From Thermoplasmata archaeon UBA61 (GTDB taxonomy: Archaea; Thermoplasmatota; Thermoplasmata; Lutacidiplasmatales; UBA184), in NCBI GenBank assembly GCA_002503985.1, contig DASW01000007.1, positions 108,435-172,434 of the forward strand: a stretch of 64,000 nt of DNA, read 5' to 3'. Under the pieces are notes generated by a model. The model was not told the origin of the DNA. It saw only the letters and a program-made list of their open reading frames with translations, and made no database searches. Shown here one piece after another: positions 1 to 9,936 of this stretch. The position numbers and the translations under genes are program-made. Position 1 is the stretch's first letter. Each line of letters opens with the position of its first letter.

Positions 1-609
1 CGCTTCGGGGAGGAGGCACCGCCGTCGGTCACGTCCGAGAACGGCCAGCTGGTCGTGAAGGTCAAGGACCGATTGATGGCCGGCGAGGAGGTGGAGCTCC
101 GTCCGGACCTCGTCGTCCTCGTCACGGGCATGGTCCCTCGGGAGGATGGAGAGGTCGCACGTGTCCTCAAGATCCCGATCGGCAAGGACGGATTCTTCCA
201 TGAAATCCACGTCAAACTGCGCCCCGTGGAGACGGTCGTCGACGGGGTCTTCATCGCCGGCGCCGCCCAGGGACCGAAGAACCTCGCGGAGAGCGTCACG
301 AGCTCGATGGCCGCGGTCTCGAAGGCCGCCGCTCTCCTCTTGAAGGGATACGTCGACCTCGACCCGATGGTAGCGGAGGTCAACCCGGACCTCTGCGCGT
401 GGTGCGACGCGTGCACCCTCGCATGCCCCTACGGGGCCGTGGAGAAGGTCGACCACGGTGGCACCGCGGTGGCGCGGATCAACGGCATCCTCTGCAAGGG
501 GGAAGGTGCGTGCGTGCCGGTTTGCCCGAAGCAGGCGGTCTCGGTCAAGGGATACACGAACGACCAGGTGCGCTCGATGATCGACGCGCTTGTTCAGGAG
601 GTCGCATGA
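1..609 (+). CDS. hdrA: Heterodisulfide reductase subunit A-like protein, C-terminal part (5' end outside window)
   Basis: DLVVLVTGMVP, GFFHEIHVKLRPVET, GVFIAGAAQGPKN and a C-terminal 2x[4Fe-4S] ferredoxin (CAWCDACTLACP, CKGEGACVPVCP). Confidence 0.85.
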   Translation, partial: RFGEEAPPSVTSENGQLVVKVKDRLMAGEEVELRPDLVVLVTGMVPREDGEVARVLKIPIGKDGFFHEIHVKLRPVETVVDGVFIAGAAQGPKNLAESVTSSMAAVSKAAALLLKGYVDLDPMVAEVNPDLCAWCDACTLACPYGAVEKVDHGGTAVARINGILCKGEGACVPVCPKQAVSVKGYTNDQVRSMIDALVQEVA

Positions 610-857
610 CGGGCACGTCCCGCCTCCGGGACCTCGGAGAGGTCCTGAGGGACGAGCTCGTCGAGCAGGACCGTATCGCGGAGGTGCTCCGCGCCGGCCC
701 GAAGACGCTGCCCGAGATCGCCGAAGCGCTCGGTCGCCCGCCCCATGAGGTCACGAAGTGGGTGATGGCGATGCGCCGGTACGGACGGGTCCGAGACCTG
801 CCCAAGTCCCGGACGGACGACTACTACCCGTACGAGCTCGTGGAGGAGCGCCGATGA
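606..857 (+). CDS. Small winged helix-turn-helix protein in the hdr operon
   Basis: ATGA overlaps with both neighbours; GPKTLPEIAEALGRPPHEVTKWVMAMRRYGRV is a wHTH pattern. Confidence 0.75.
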   Translation: MTGTSRLRDLGEVLRDELVEQDRIAEVLRAGPKTLPEIAEALGRPPHEVTKWVMAMRRYGRVRDLPKSRTDDYYPYELVEERR

Positions 858-1162
858 GGGTGGACCCGCAGTTCCTGACCCGCGTCCGTCAGGGCGGGGA
901 GTTCGATGCGAGCGTCTGCATGAACTGCGGCGTGTGCACCGCCCTCTGTCCGCTGGGGGTCGAACTGCTCCCCCGGCGACTCTTCCGGTACGTTCTGCTC
1001 GGCAACCCCGACGCCGTCCGTGAGCAGACGGAGACGATCTTCTCCTGCCTCCTCTGCCACATGTGCGAGTCGAACTGCCCGGCCGGGGTCCACATCACCG
1101 AGAACGTGCGAACGCTGCGGACCCATCTCAATCGCGAGCAGTACCACCTCGCGGAGGCCTGA
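854..1162 (+). CDS. HdrC-like 4Fe-4S dicluster protein
   Basis: CMNCGVCTALCP and CLLCHMCESNCP motifs; RBS GGAGG before ATG 854. Confidence 0.85.
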   Translation: MRVDPQFLTRVRQGGEFDASVCMNCGVCTALCPLGVELLPRRLFRYVLLGNPDAVREQTETIFSCLLCHMCESNCPAGVHITENVRTLRTHLNREQYHLAEA

Positions 1163-1175
1163 GGTCGGAGGGACC

Positions 1176-2147
1176 ATGTCGGTACCGATCGGAAGCACTC
1201 TCGGCATCCTCGGCGACAACCTCCGCAAGCGCGGGAGCGCCCTCCCCCTCTCGCGTCGTGTCGCGACCGCTTGGGCGAAGGGGCTCGACCTTCCACGGGG
1301 AGGCGAGACCGTGCTCTACACGGGCCAGATGTGGCAGATGGTCCCGGCGATCAACGCGATGAGCCGACAGCTCGGCAAGTACGAGGGGCGGGGAACGCGA
1401 CTCTTCGGGTTCGCCCGCTCGATGAACAAGGTCGTCAACCTGACCCCGTTCCTCGCCCGGACCACTCCGAGCGAGCGAACGGCGTACAACGAGCGCCTGC
1501 GGAACATCGTCCGCCTCCTTCGGGCCGCCGGCGTCGAGTTCGGCTACCTCTACGAGAAGGACCTCTATCCGGGGACGTTGGCGTACGACGAAGGCCTTAC
1601 TCAGGGGTTCGTCGCGCACGCCCGCCGCGTGGCGAGGACCCTTCGCGAGAGCGGGGCGAAGCGGTTGATCACCGTCGACCCCCACACGACCAACATCCTC
1701 CGCAGCGTCTACCCGAAGGTGGTAGACGGCTTCGACCTGAGCGTCCGTAGCTACCTCGAGGTCCTCGCGGATCGCACGCTCACGGCGACCGAACCGCTCC
1801 ACGAGTCGGTCACGATGCACGATTCCTGCGTCTACGCGCGGTACGAGGGGGTCGTCGAGCAGCCCCGTCTCCTCCTGGCCCGCGGCGGGGTCGACATCGT
1901 CGAGCCCGAGCTTTCGGGTTCGATGACGTTCTGCTGTGGAGGCCCGCTCGAGACGCTCTTCCCGGGAAAGTCGACGGAGATCGCTCGCAAGCGGGTCGAA
2001 CAACTCTCCGCGTGCCGCCCGAACCTCGTCACCGCCTGCCCGCTCTGCCTCGCGAACCTCCAGCGGGTCGCCCCGACGGGAGTGGAGGTCCGGGATATCT
2101 CGGACTATCTGGTCCGGGCGTACTGTCCGGTCGTGACCCCCGCTTAA
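1176..2147 (+). CDS. CCG-domain Fe-S oxidoreductase (HdrB/HdrD/GlpC-like)
   Basis: ITVDPH, HDSCVYAR, FCCGGP and TACPLC motifs; GGAGG upstream of ATG 1176. Confidence 0.85.
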   Translation: MSVPIGSTLGILGDNLRKRGSALPLSRRVATAWAKGLDLPRGGETVLYTGQMWQMVPAINAMSRQLGKYEGRGTRLFGFARSMNKVVNLTPFLARTTPSERTAYNERLRNIVRLLRAAGVEFGYLYEKDLYPGTLAYDEGLTQGFVAHARRVARTLRESGAKRLITVDPHTTNILRSVYPKVVDGFDLSVRSYLEVLADRTLTATEPLHESVTMHDSCVYARYEGVVEQPRLLLARGGVDIVEPELSGSMTFCCGGPLETLFPGKSTEIARKRVEQLSACRPNLVTACPLCLANLQRVAPTGVEVRDISDYLVRAYCPVVTPA

Positions 2148-2233
2148 CGTGCTGCTCTAGGAAGAGCGCGTCGCATCGCGTAGCAGTTCCGCGGGGCACA
2201 GCCGACGTCACGGCCCGAGCTCGGGTCGATGTC

Positions 2234-3028
2234 TCAGCTTCGGGCTATCTTGGCGCGGTCGATCTCCGCCTTGATCCGGGACGCGGCCTCGTCGGGGGTC
2301 ACGGTGACCGTTTCGCGTCGCCGCCCGGCCTTCTTGACCTCGCGGAGCCCGGCCACCGCGGTCGGGGAGCCCTTGAGCCCCAGGTACTGCGGGTCGCCGC
2401 AGAGCTCCTTCTCGTTCCAAACCTGCACCTTCGCGCTCTGGGCGAACGCCCACCGGTCGTAGTCGAGGAAGCGGGGCTCGTTGGAGCCGACGACCACGGA
2501 GATGACCGCGGGGACCGAGAGCTCCACGGTCTCCTTTCCGTCCTCGAGCACCCGCGTCGCGTGGACGGTCCCGTGCTTTCCTGGGACGAGACGCTCCACG
2601 TAGGTTGCCTGGGACGCGTTGAGCCATTCGGCGATGCTGGGGGGGACCTGGCTGGTCCCTCCATCCGAAGACTCCTCGCCGCAGAGGACCAGGTCGACCT
2701 TCCCGATCTTCCGGATCCCGGCCGCGAGCGTGTAGGAAGTGGCCAACGTATCGGCTCCGCCGAACGCTCGGTCGCTCAGCAGGATCGCCTCGTCCGCGCC
2801 GACGGCGAGGGCCACGCGCAGGTACGGCTCGAACGGAGGAGGGCCCATCGAGAGCACGGTCACCTTCCCGCCGTGGGCGTCGCGGAAGGCGAGCGCGGTC
2901 TCGAGGGCGTTCATGTCGGAGGAGTTGATCACCGACCGGGCCCCGGCCCGGTCGAGCATCTTGGTCGCGAGGTCGACCTTGACCTCCTCGGGACGGGGAA
3001 CGACCTTCATGCAGACGACGATATGCAT
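2234..3028 (-). CDS. etfB: Electron transfer flavoprotein beta subunit
   Basis: MHIVVCMKVVP start, SDRAFGGADTLATS, DLVLCGEESSDGGTSQV. Confidence 0.92.
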   Translation of the reverse strand: MHIVVCMKVVPRPEEVKVDLATKMLDRAGARSVINSSDMNALETALAFRDAHGGKVTVLSMGPPPFEPYLRVALAVGADEAILLSDRAFGGADTLATSYTLAAGIRKIGKVDLVLCGEESSDGGTSQVPPSIAEWLNASQATYVERLVPGKHGTVHATRVLEDGKETVELSVPAVISVVVGSNEPRFLDYDRWAFAQSAKVQVWNEKELCGDPQYLGLKGSPTAVAGLREVKKAGRRRETVTVTPDEAASRIKAEIDRAKIARS

Positions 3029-3030
3029 CG

Positions 3031-4011
3031 TCAGGCCCCCCCGAGCGACCGCAGCAGGGATTCGACGACGGGACCGAGGTCCCCCACGATCCCGAGGTCG
3101 GCGTGCTCGAAGATGGGAGCTTCGGGGTCCCGGTTCACCGCGACCACCGTCCCCGCTCCATCGATGCCGACCGTGAACTGCACCGCGCCGCTGACGCCGA
3201 GCACGAGGACCAGCTTCGGTCGGGTGATGACCCCGGTCTGGCCGATCATCCGGTCCCGGTCGACCCAACCCGCGTCCGTGGCCACGCGCGTCGCGCCGAC
3301 CTCGCCTCCGAGGCGACGCGCGAGCTCCTCGATCCGACCGAAGTTCCCGCCCGTTCCCCGTCCCCCGACGACGATGACGTCGGCCCGGGTGAGGTCGATG
3401 GAGGAGCCTTTCGGTTCGAAGGAGACCCGGCGCGAGCCCACGTCCTCCTCCGAGAGGTCGACCTTCACGGTCTTCACGTCCCCGGTGGGAGACCCCTCGG
3501 GAGGCGCGAGGAAGACCCCGGGCCGGACCGTGACCATCTGGGGTCGCTTCTCGGGGCAGGTGATCCCGGCCTCGATCCCGCCGCCGAACCCCGGCACCCA
3601 GCCGACGAGTTGACGGCCTCCGTCGAGCTCGAGCGATGTGACGTGCGCGGTGAGGCCCGTGCGAAGCCGCACGGCCAGCCGTCCGGCCAGGTCCTGGCCG
3701 TTCCGCGTCGCGCCGAGGAGGAGGGTCGAGGGGTGGGCCTTCTGGATGGCCGTGCCGAGCGCCTTCGCGTAGGCCTTGCCATCGTGGACGGCGAGGAGCG
3801 GGTGGACCAGTTCGAGAACGTGGTCGGGACCGTATCGTTGGAGCTCGGAGGCCGCTCCGCCGTCGTTCCCGACGGTCACGGCCGTCACCTCGACGGAGAG
3901 CTGGCGCGAGAGCTCCTTCGCCTTGCCGAGGATCTCGAGGCTCACGGGGGTGAATGACGACCCGCGCCGCTCGGCGTAGACCCAGAGGCCGCCGTCGTCC
4001 GTGGCCGTCAT
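3031..4011 (-). CDS. etfA: Electron transfer flavoprotein alpha subunit
   Basis: ADVIVVGGRG, IGQTG, GVSGAVQF and AVNRDPEAPIFEHADLGIVGD FAD-binding motifs. Confidence 0.92.
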   Translation of the reverse strand: MTATDDGGLWVYAERRGSSFTPVSLEILGKAKELSRQLSVEVTAVTVGNDGGAASELQRYGPDHVLELVHPLLAVHDGKAYAKALGTAIQKAHPSTLLLGATRNGQDLAGRLAVRLRTGLTAHVTSLELDGGRQLVGWVPGFGGGIEAGITCPEKRPQMVTVRPGVFLAPPEGSPTGDVKTVKVDLSEEDVGSRRVSFEPKGSSIDLTRADVIVVGGRGTGGNFGRIEELARRLGGEVGATRVATDAGWVDRDRMIGQTGVITRPKLVLVLGVSGAVQFTVGIDGAGTVVAVNRDPEAPIFEHADLGIVGDLGPVVESLLRSLGGA

Positions 4012-4015
4012 GGCT

Positions 4016-5140
4016 TCAGGCCTTCACTCGCCCGGCGATGAGTTCGGCCACGTCCGTTACGGGGATCGCCTCGGACCCCCGCTCGGACTCGAAGACGCTG
4101 ATGCAGTACGGACACGCGGTGGCGAGGAGCTCCGCACCGGTTCCCGCGGCTTCCTGGACGCGACGGGTCCCCGGCCGCTCAGCCGGAGGGGTCTCCATCC
4201 ACATCCGTCCCCCGCCGCCTCCGCAGCAGAGCGCCTGGGCGCGGCTGTTCCCCATCTCGACCACCTTGAGTCCCGAGAGCTCGAGCAGCCGTCGGGGGGG
4301 CTCGTAGACGCCGTTGTGGCGGCCTAGGTAGCACGGGTCGTGGTAGGTGACGGTCCCCTTCTCGGACCCTTTGGTGAGCTTCCCGGAGTCGAGCAGCTGC
4401 TCGATGGCCTGCGTGTAGTGGACCACCTCCGGCCCTCCGTTCGCCGACTGGCCGGCCTTGAGCGCGTCGAAGGAGTGCGGCGAGATCGCGATCACCCGTT
4501 CGACCCCCCGCTTTCGGAAAGCCTCCGTGTTCCGCTGCTGGAGGTCCCGGAAAAGCCCGTCGTGTCCGACCGAGCGGGCCGCCTCCCCGCAGCAGACCTC
4601 CTCCGTGCCCATGACCTGGTATTCTACGCCGGCGAGGTTGAGGAGGGCGGCGACCGATCGGGCGATGCGTTGCGCCCGGGGGTCGTAGGAGGCCGCGCAG
4701 CCGACAAAGAGGAGCGTGGAGCCCTTCCCGGGAACCTTCACGTCCTGCATCCAAGAGGCGCGCTGCTTCGGCGGGAGATGGAAGGTGTTGCCGTCGGAGT
4801 ACATCCCCCACAGGAGCGTCGGTAGCCCTTTCGGCACGTTCCGGGTGCGCCACTCGCGCCCCCGGAGGGTCCGGACGAGACCTACAATGTCCACGCCGCG
4901 CGGGCAGGACGCGTTGCACTCCGCGCACGTCATGCACTTCCAGAGGAACGCGTCGGTTTCGCCGAACTGGGCCTCGCGGACCAGTTGGCGCACCCGCAGC
5001 GGGGTGTTCTCCGCCAGGGGGCACGCCGCGGTGCACGTGCCGCACTGGAAGCATAGGTTCGCGTTGGTCGTGGCCGCGAGGGCCTCCCAGGCCTCGTCGT
5101 CGAATCGGACCGGGGCGGGGTTCTCGGAGCGTTGGGCCAT
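4016..5140 (-). CDS. HdrD-like Fe-S oxidoreductase (2x[4Fe-4S] plus two CCG domains)
   Basis: CFQCGTCTAACP, CMTCAECNASCP, EVCCGE, YHDPCYLGR, LCCGGGGG, TACPYC. Confidence 0.88.
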   Translation of the reverse strand: MAQRSENPAPVRFDDEAWEALAATTNANLCFQCGTCTAACPLAENTPLRVRQLVREAQFGETDAFLWKCMTCAECNASCPRGVDIVGLVRTLRGREWRTRNVPKGLPTLLWGMYSDGNTFHLPPKQRASWMQDVKVPGKGSTLLFVGCAASYDPRAQRIARSVAALLNLAGVEYQVMGTEEVCCGEAARSVGHDGLFRDLQQRNTEAFRKRGVERVIAISPHSFDALKAGQSANGGPEVVHYTQAIEQLLDSGKLTKGSEKGTVTYHDPCYLGRHNGVYEPPRRLLELSGLKVVEMGNSRAQALCCGGGGGRMWMETPPAERPGTRRVQEAAGTGAELLATACPYCISVFESERGSEAIPVTDVAELIAGRVKA

Positions 5141-5150
5141 GGCGACCACC

Positions 5151-8100
5151 TTAGCTCGCCCCCGCAACCGGCGCCGCCGGCGGCGACGTGACGTTCTCCC
5201 GTGAGGCGTTGTAGCGGTCGAGGACCTTCGCCATCTCGCGAACCTTGCGGGCGAACTCCTTGCCCTCGGCGGCGGAGATCCACTCGAGCTGGAATCGCTC
5301 GGGGGTGATCCCCTTGCGCTCCAGCATTCGACTCCAGGTCTTGAATCGCTTCTCCGTCCAGGAGTTGGCGTTGATGTAGTGGCAGTCGCCCGGATGGCAG
5401 CCGGTCAGCAGGACCGCGCCGGCGCCCTTCTCGAACGCGTGCTTGACGAAATCCTCCGAGACGCGACCCGAGCACATCGTGCGCACGGTGCGCGCGACGG
5501 CCGGGTATTGGATCTTCTCGATGCCGGCCTGGTCCGCCCCGGCGTAGCTGCACCAGTTGCACGCGAAGACGATCACCTTGTGCTGGGGGTCGTCCTCGAG
5601 GGCGGCGTCGATCTGGGCCAGGACCTGGTCGTCGGTGAACCCGGGGTTCGTGATGGCGTCGCGGTAGCAGTCGGCGCCGCAGGTCCCGCACCCCATGCAC
5701 GCCGCTCCGACCACGCGGACCTTCTTCTTGCCGTCCACGACGATCGGTTCGATGGCCCCGTACGGGCAGACGGGCACGCAGCGACCGCAGCCATTGCACC
5801 GCTCGAAGTCAACGAGCGCGACCAGCGGTTCCTTTTCGATGATCTCGTGAGAGAGGAGCCCGCTCGCCTTCGCTGCCGTTGCCAGGCCCTGCGCGATCGC
5901 CTCGGTGACGTCCTTCGGTCCCTGGGCGCTGCCGCACAGGAAGATCCCCGCGCTGGCCGCCTCGACCGGTCCGAGCTTCGGGTGGCGTTCGAGGAGGAAC
6001 CCGGCCGAATCCCGCGAGACCTTGAGCATCTGGGAGAGCTCCGGCTCGGTCGGCTCGATCGCGCTCATCAGGACCAGTAGGTCGGTGGGCAGTTCCACGT
6101 CCCGTCCCAGGAGCTCGTCCCGGAAGACCACGCATCCGTCCCGGATTTGGAGCGCCTTCTCGGGGGTTGTGTCGGGGTACTGGAAGAACGCAACCCCGGC
6201 TGCCGCGGCCTCGCGGTAGAGGTCCTCGGCACCGCGCGCGTAGGCGCGCATGTCGCGATAGAGAACACGAACTTTCTTTCCCATCCGTCGGAGGCGAAGG
6301 GCCTGACCGACCATCGAGCCGCAGCAGTATCGGGAACACTCGAGTTTCCCGTTCCTCGAACCGACACAGCCCACGAACGTGACCCGCTCCCCGGGCACCT
6401 GGCCCTCGCGGATCATCTCGTGCAGCCGCTCGTTGGTGATGCTGAGCGGTGCCTTCGCGCTCGAGAGCGGGCCCTCGGTCGCCGCCTCAGTGGAGGTCTT
6501 GCCTCCCGTCGCAAGGATCACCGTTCCGACGTCGATGACCTCCCCGGTGGAGAGATGGGCTCGGAACTCGCCGACGTGGCCCTCGATTTGGGCGACCACG
6601 GAGGAGAGGTGCACCCGCGCTCCGGACGACTCCACCTCATGGACCATCGCCTCGAGCAGCGGGCCGGCCTCGACCCCGGACGGGTCGATGTACGACATGA
6701 AGCGCAACGCTCCGCCGAGGCGGTCGCTCTTCTCGACGAGATGGACCTCGTAGCCCATCCGGGCCAGGCTGGAGGCCGAGGACATCCCCGCGGGCCCGCC
6801 GCCGATCACGAGGGCCGCGCGCACGACCTTCTGCTCGAGAGGGATCAGCGGCTTGAGCCGAACGGCCTTCTCGACGCCCATCCGGACGAAATCTTCGGCC
6901 TTGGTCGTGGCCTGCTCCTTCTCGTTCTTGTGGACCCAGGAGTCGAGGTTCCGGACGTTGGCCATTTCGAGGAGATACGGATTCAGGCCCGCGCGTAGGC
7001 AGACCCGCTTGAACGTTCCCTCGTGGGTCTTGGGCGAGCAGGCGGCCACCACGAGGCGGTTGAGCTGGAGGTCGACGATCTTCTTCGCCATGTCCGCCTG
7101 GGTGTTCGCGGCGCAGGCGAACCGGACTTCCTCGGCGTGCACGACGTGTGGCAGCGACGCCGCGTACTGCGCCGTCCTCGGTACGTCCACGGTGCCGGCA
7201 ATGTTGCTCCCGCAGTCGCAGAGGAAGACCCCCACGCGGGCCTCGCCGTCGGTCGGGAGCGGCGCGCCGATCTCCGGCTTCGCCCAGGCACGCTCGTTCG
7301 CCCGTTCCATCGACCGCGCCGCCGCTGCCCCGCCTTCGACGACGCTGTCGGGGATGTCCTTCGGTCCGGCGGCGCTGCCGGCCACGAAGACGCCGGGAGG
7401 CGCGCCCTCCTCGGTCATGAAGCCGTCCGTCCCGGTCCTTAGGCCTAGGACCTGGGCTAGCTCGAACAGTCCTTTCGGGGGCTTCGCGCCCGTCGCGAGC
7501 ACGATGAGGTCGGCGCCGACCTCTTGAAAGTCACCGGTGACGGTGTCCGCGACGCGGACCTTGAGCTCCTCACCATCGAACCGGACGCGGGACGGCCGTC
7601 CGTGGACGAAGTGGACCCCCAGGTCCTTGGCGCGCTGGTAGAAGCCGTCGAATCCCTTGCCGTAGCTGCGGATGTCCATGTAGAGAATCGTCACGTCCTC
7701 GACGCCGTGGTCCCGCGCCTGGACGGCCTCCTTGATGGAGTACATGCAGCAGAATCGGGAACACTGCGGGATGTTCCGGACGTCCCGGGACCCCGCGCAC
7801 AGGACGAAGACCACGCGTTTGGCGTGCCGTCCGTCGGACGGGCAGATGATCTCCCCACCGCTCGGACCCGCCGAGGAGAGGAGCCGCTCGAGCTCCATCG
7901 AGGTGAGGATGTCCGGGTGCGTTCCGTACCCGTACTCGGGTAGGAGATGGGGGTCGAGGAGCTCGAACCCGGCCGATACGATGACCGACGAGACCTCACG
8001 CTTCAGCTCTACCCCGAGCGGGCGGTCGTAGCCGATCGCCTTCGGCCCACAGGCATCGTAGCACCGGGTGCACGGGAGGAGGATCGGATAATCGTTGACG

Positions 8101-8555
8101 CACTGCTCGACGTCCAAGAAGTACGGCCCGGGGACCGCCTGAGGGAACGGGGTGTAGATCGCCTTCCTCGAGGCCAACCCCTGGTCGAAGGCGTTGGGGA
8201 GCACGACCGGACAGGCCTGGACGCAAAGGTCGCAGCGGGTGCACGCGCTGCTGACGAGGTTCCCCTTCTGACGGATCGTGACCTCGTACCCTTCCCCCTT
8301 CTTCTCGAGGCCCACGACGTCCGCGTCGGTGATGATCTCGACGTTACCGTTCTCCGCGACCTCGCTCAGCTTCGGGGCCTCGATGCAGATGCTGCAGTCG
8401 AGCGTCGGGAAGTTCTTGTCGAGCCCCGCCATGACACCACCGAGAGAGTGGGTCTTTTCGACGAGCACCACTCGGCAGCCCGCTTCGGCCAGGTCGAGCG
8501 TCGCCTGGACGCCGGCGATGCCGCCGCCGATCACCATGACGGGAGCCGAGCTCAC
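5151..8555 (-). CDS. hdrA: Tandem HdrA-HdrA fused to an MvhD/FlpD [2Fe-2S] domain
   Basis: Two Rossmann FAD motifs (VIGGGIAG, VIGGGPAG), DKNFPTLDCSICI, CSRFCC and CSRYCC, ferredoxins, and a C-terminal FACNWCSY...MCSGRV...GCHPGDCHY MvhD signature. Confidence 0.9.
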   Translation of the reverse strand: MSSAPVMVIGGGIAGVQATLDLAEAGCRVVLVEKTHSLGGVMAGLDKNFPTLDCSICIEAPKLSEVAENGNVEIITDADVVGLEKKGEGYEVTIRQKGNLVSSACTRCDLCVQACPVVLPNAFDQGLASRKAIYTPFPQAVPGPYFLDVEQCVNDYPILLPCTRCYDACGPKAIGYDRPLGVELKREVSSVIVSAGFELLDPHLLPEYGYGTHPDILTSMELERLLSSAGPSGGEIICPSDGRHAKRVVFVLCAGSRDVRNIPQCSRFCCMYSIKEAVQARDHGVEDVTILYMDIRSYGKGFDGFYQRAKDLGVHFVHGRPSRVRFDGEELKVRVADTVTGDFQEVGADLIVLATGAKPPKGLFELAQVLGLRTGTDGFMTEEGAPPGVFVAGSAAGPKDIPDSVVEGGAAAARSMERANERAWAKPEIGAPLPTDGEARVGVFLCDCGSNIAGTVDVPRTAQYAASLPHVVHAEEVRFACAANTQADMAKKIVDLQLNRLVVAACSPKTHEGTFKRVCLRAGLNPYLLEMANVRNLDSWVHKNEKEQATTKAEDFVRMGVEKAVRLKPLIPLEQKVVRAALVIGGGPAGMSSASSLARMGYEVHLVEKSDRLGGALRFMSYIDPSGVEAGPLLEAMVHEVESSGARVHLSSVVAQIEGHVGEFRAHLSTGEVIDVGTVILATGGKTSTEAATEGPLSSAKAPLSITNERLHEMIREGQVPGERVTFVGCVGSRNGKLECSRYCCGSMVGQALRLRRMGKKVRVLYRDMRAYARGAEDLYREAAAAGVAFFQYPDTTPEKALQIRDGCVVFRDELLGRDVELPTDLLVLMSAIEPTEPELSQMLKVSRDSAGFLLERHPKLGPVEAASAGIFLCGSAQGPKDVTEAIAQGLATAAKASGLLSHEIIEKEPLVALVDFERCNGCGRCVPVCPYGAIEPIVVDGKKKVRVVGAACMGCGTCGADCYRDAITNPGFTDDQVLAQIDAALEDDPQHKVIVFACNWCSYAGADQAGIEKIQYPAVARTVRTMCSGRVSEDFVKHAFEKGAGAVLLTGCHPGDCHYINANSWTEKRFKTWSRMLERKGITPERFQLEWISAAEGKEFARKVREMAKVLDRYNASRENVTSPPAAPVAGAS

Positions 8556-9073
8556 AGCCGCGCCCCCGCGTCGAAGGCCTTCATGTTCAGTTCCCGGGTC
8601 GACGCTTTGACCGTTTCCCGAAGCGCGGCCTCCATCGCCTCTCGCGGAACGATCTGGGAAGCATTCGTGAACGCGCCGAGCATCACCACGTTCGCGACGA
8701 TGCGCCGTCCCAGGCCATCCGCGGTCCGGGTGAACGGAAGTTGGTGCGCTTTCTGAGCGACGTCATCGTCCAGGTGGACCAGGTCCACGTCGCTGAGGAC
8801 GAGCGACGCCGCCCTCGCTTGGTCCATGTGCTTGGTCGCCGCCTCCTGCGAGAGCAGCACCAGGACGTCGGGGTGCGTGACCATCGGAGTATCGATCTCG
8901 GCGTCGCCCACGACCACGTCGGCCTCGCAGGAACCCCCGCGCGACTCGGGCCCGTAGCTCTGGGTCATCGTGGCGTGCATCGGGGTGTGGACCGACACCG
9001 CCCGACCGAGAATGAACGCGGAGAGGATTACTCCCTGACCGCCGAACCCGGCGAACCGGACCTCCTTCCTCAT
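8552..9073 (-). CDS. korC: 2-oxoacid:ferredoxin oxidoreductase gamma subunit
   Basis: EVRFAGFGGQGVI, QSYGPESRGG, ANVVMLGA. Confidence 0.9.
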   Translation of the reverse strand: MRKEVRFAGFGGQGVILSAFILGRAVSVHTPMHATMTQSYGPESRGGSCEADVVVGDAEIDTPMVTHPDVLVLLSQEAATKHMDQARAASLVLSDVDLVHLDDDVAQKAHQLPFTRTADGLGRRIVANVVMLGAFTNASQIVPREAMEAALRETVKASTRELNMKAFDAGARL

Positions 9074-9936
9074 GATTTCGACCCCCTCGCCTTCGCGACC
9101 ACCCGCACGTACCGCTCGCGGAAGGTCTCCCGCTCTCGGTCGACGAACGTGCCGACGACTATCGGCTTTCCGAGCTCGATATCGGTCTTCGTGATCTCGG
9201 TGCTCTCGACGCGGGACTTCAGGACCTCGAGCGCCTGGTAGTATTCCATCTCCTCGACGCCGCTGCCGATCTTGTTGGTCTTTCCGAAGCTCACCGGGCA
9301 GGGAGTGAGGATCTCGACGAACCGAAACCCGTGGCGGTTGACGACGTCTGCGAAGGTGTTCCGAAGCCTCCGCACGTCCAGCGTGGTCCAGCGGGCGACG
9401 TAGGTCGCCCCGGTCGCCCATGCGAGGTTCGGGAGGTTGAAGGGAAACTCCGGGTTGCCGTACGGGGTGGTGGTCGAGAGGGCCCCCGCTGGGGTCGTCG
9501 GACCGCCCTGGCCGCCGGTCATGCCGTAGTTGAAGTTGTTGATGCAGACGACGAGGATGTCCATGTTCCGCCTCGCCGCGTGAATGAAATGGTTACCGCC
9601 GATGGCGAAGAGGTCCCCGTCGCCGGCGAACGCGACCACGTTCAAGCTGGGGTTACAGAGCTTCAATCCGGTGGCGAACGGTATCGTTCGGCCGTGGGTC
9701 GTGTGGTAGGCGTCGGTCTTGGCGTAGAAGACGATCCGAGAGGAGCAGCCGATCCCTCCCACGATCACCCGCTTCTCCTTCGGGACCCCCGCTTGCTCGA
9801 AGCCGTAGATGAGCGCCCCCACGGCCGTTCCGATGCCGCAGCCCGGGCACCAGATCGTGGGCAGGTCCGCGCTCCGGAGCAGATGGTCGTACGGGTGGAG
9901 CTCCGGGGGGAGCGCGACCTCGGCGTTCGCCGTCAT
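9070..9936 (-). CDS. korB: 2-oxoacid:ferredoxin oxidoreductase beta subunit
   Basis: WCPGCG, GIGCS, HTTHGR and the GDGD...NNFNYGMTGGQ TPP-binding motif. Confidence 0.92.
   Translation of the reverse strand: MTANAEVALPPELHPYDHLLRSADLPTIWCPGCGIGTAVGALIYGFEQAGVPKEKRVIVGGIGCSSRIVFYAKTDAYHTTHGRTIPFATGLKLCNPSLNVVAFAGDGDLFAIGGNHFIHAARRNMDILVVCINNFNYGMTGGQGGPTTPAGALSTTTPYGNPEFPFNLPNLAWATGATYVARWTTLDVRRLRNTFADVVNRHGFRFVEILTPCPVSFGKTNKIGSGVEEMEYYQALEVLKSRVESTEITKTDIELGKPIVVGTFVDRERETFRERYVRVVAKARGSKS

Noticed and set aside
2012-3613. Long plus-strand ORF and similar Arg/Pro/Gly-rich ORFs elsewhere (for example 44078..45265, 26195..27358)
   Set aside because: Antisense or off-frame shadows of well-supported genes, expected at high GC
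1-8555. Methanogenesis inferred from Hdr genes
   Set aside because: No mcr, mtr or methyltransferase-corrinoid genes in the window; HdrA-like proteins are widespread in non-methanogens
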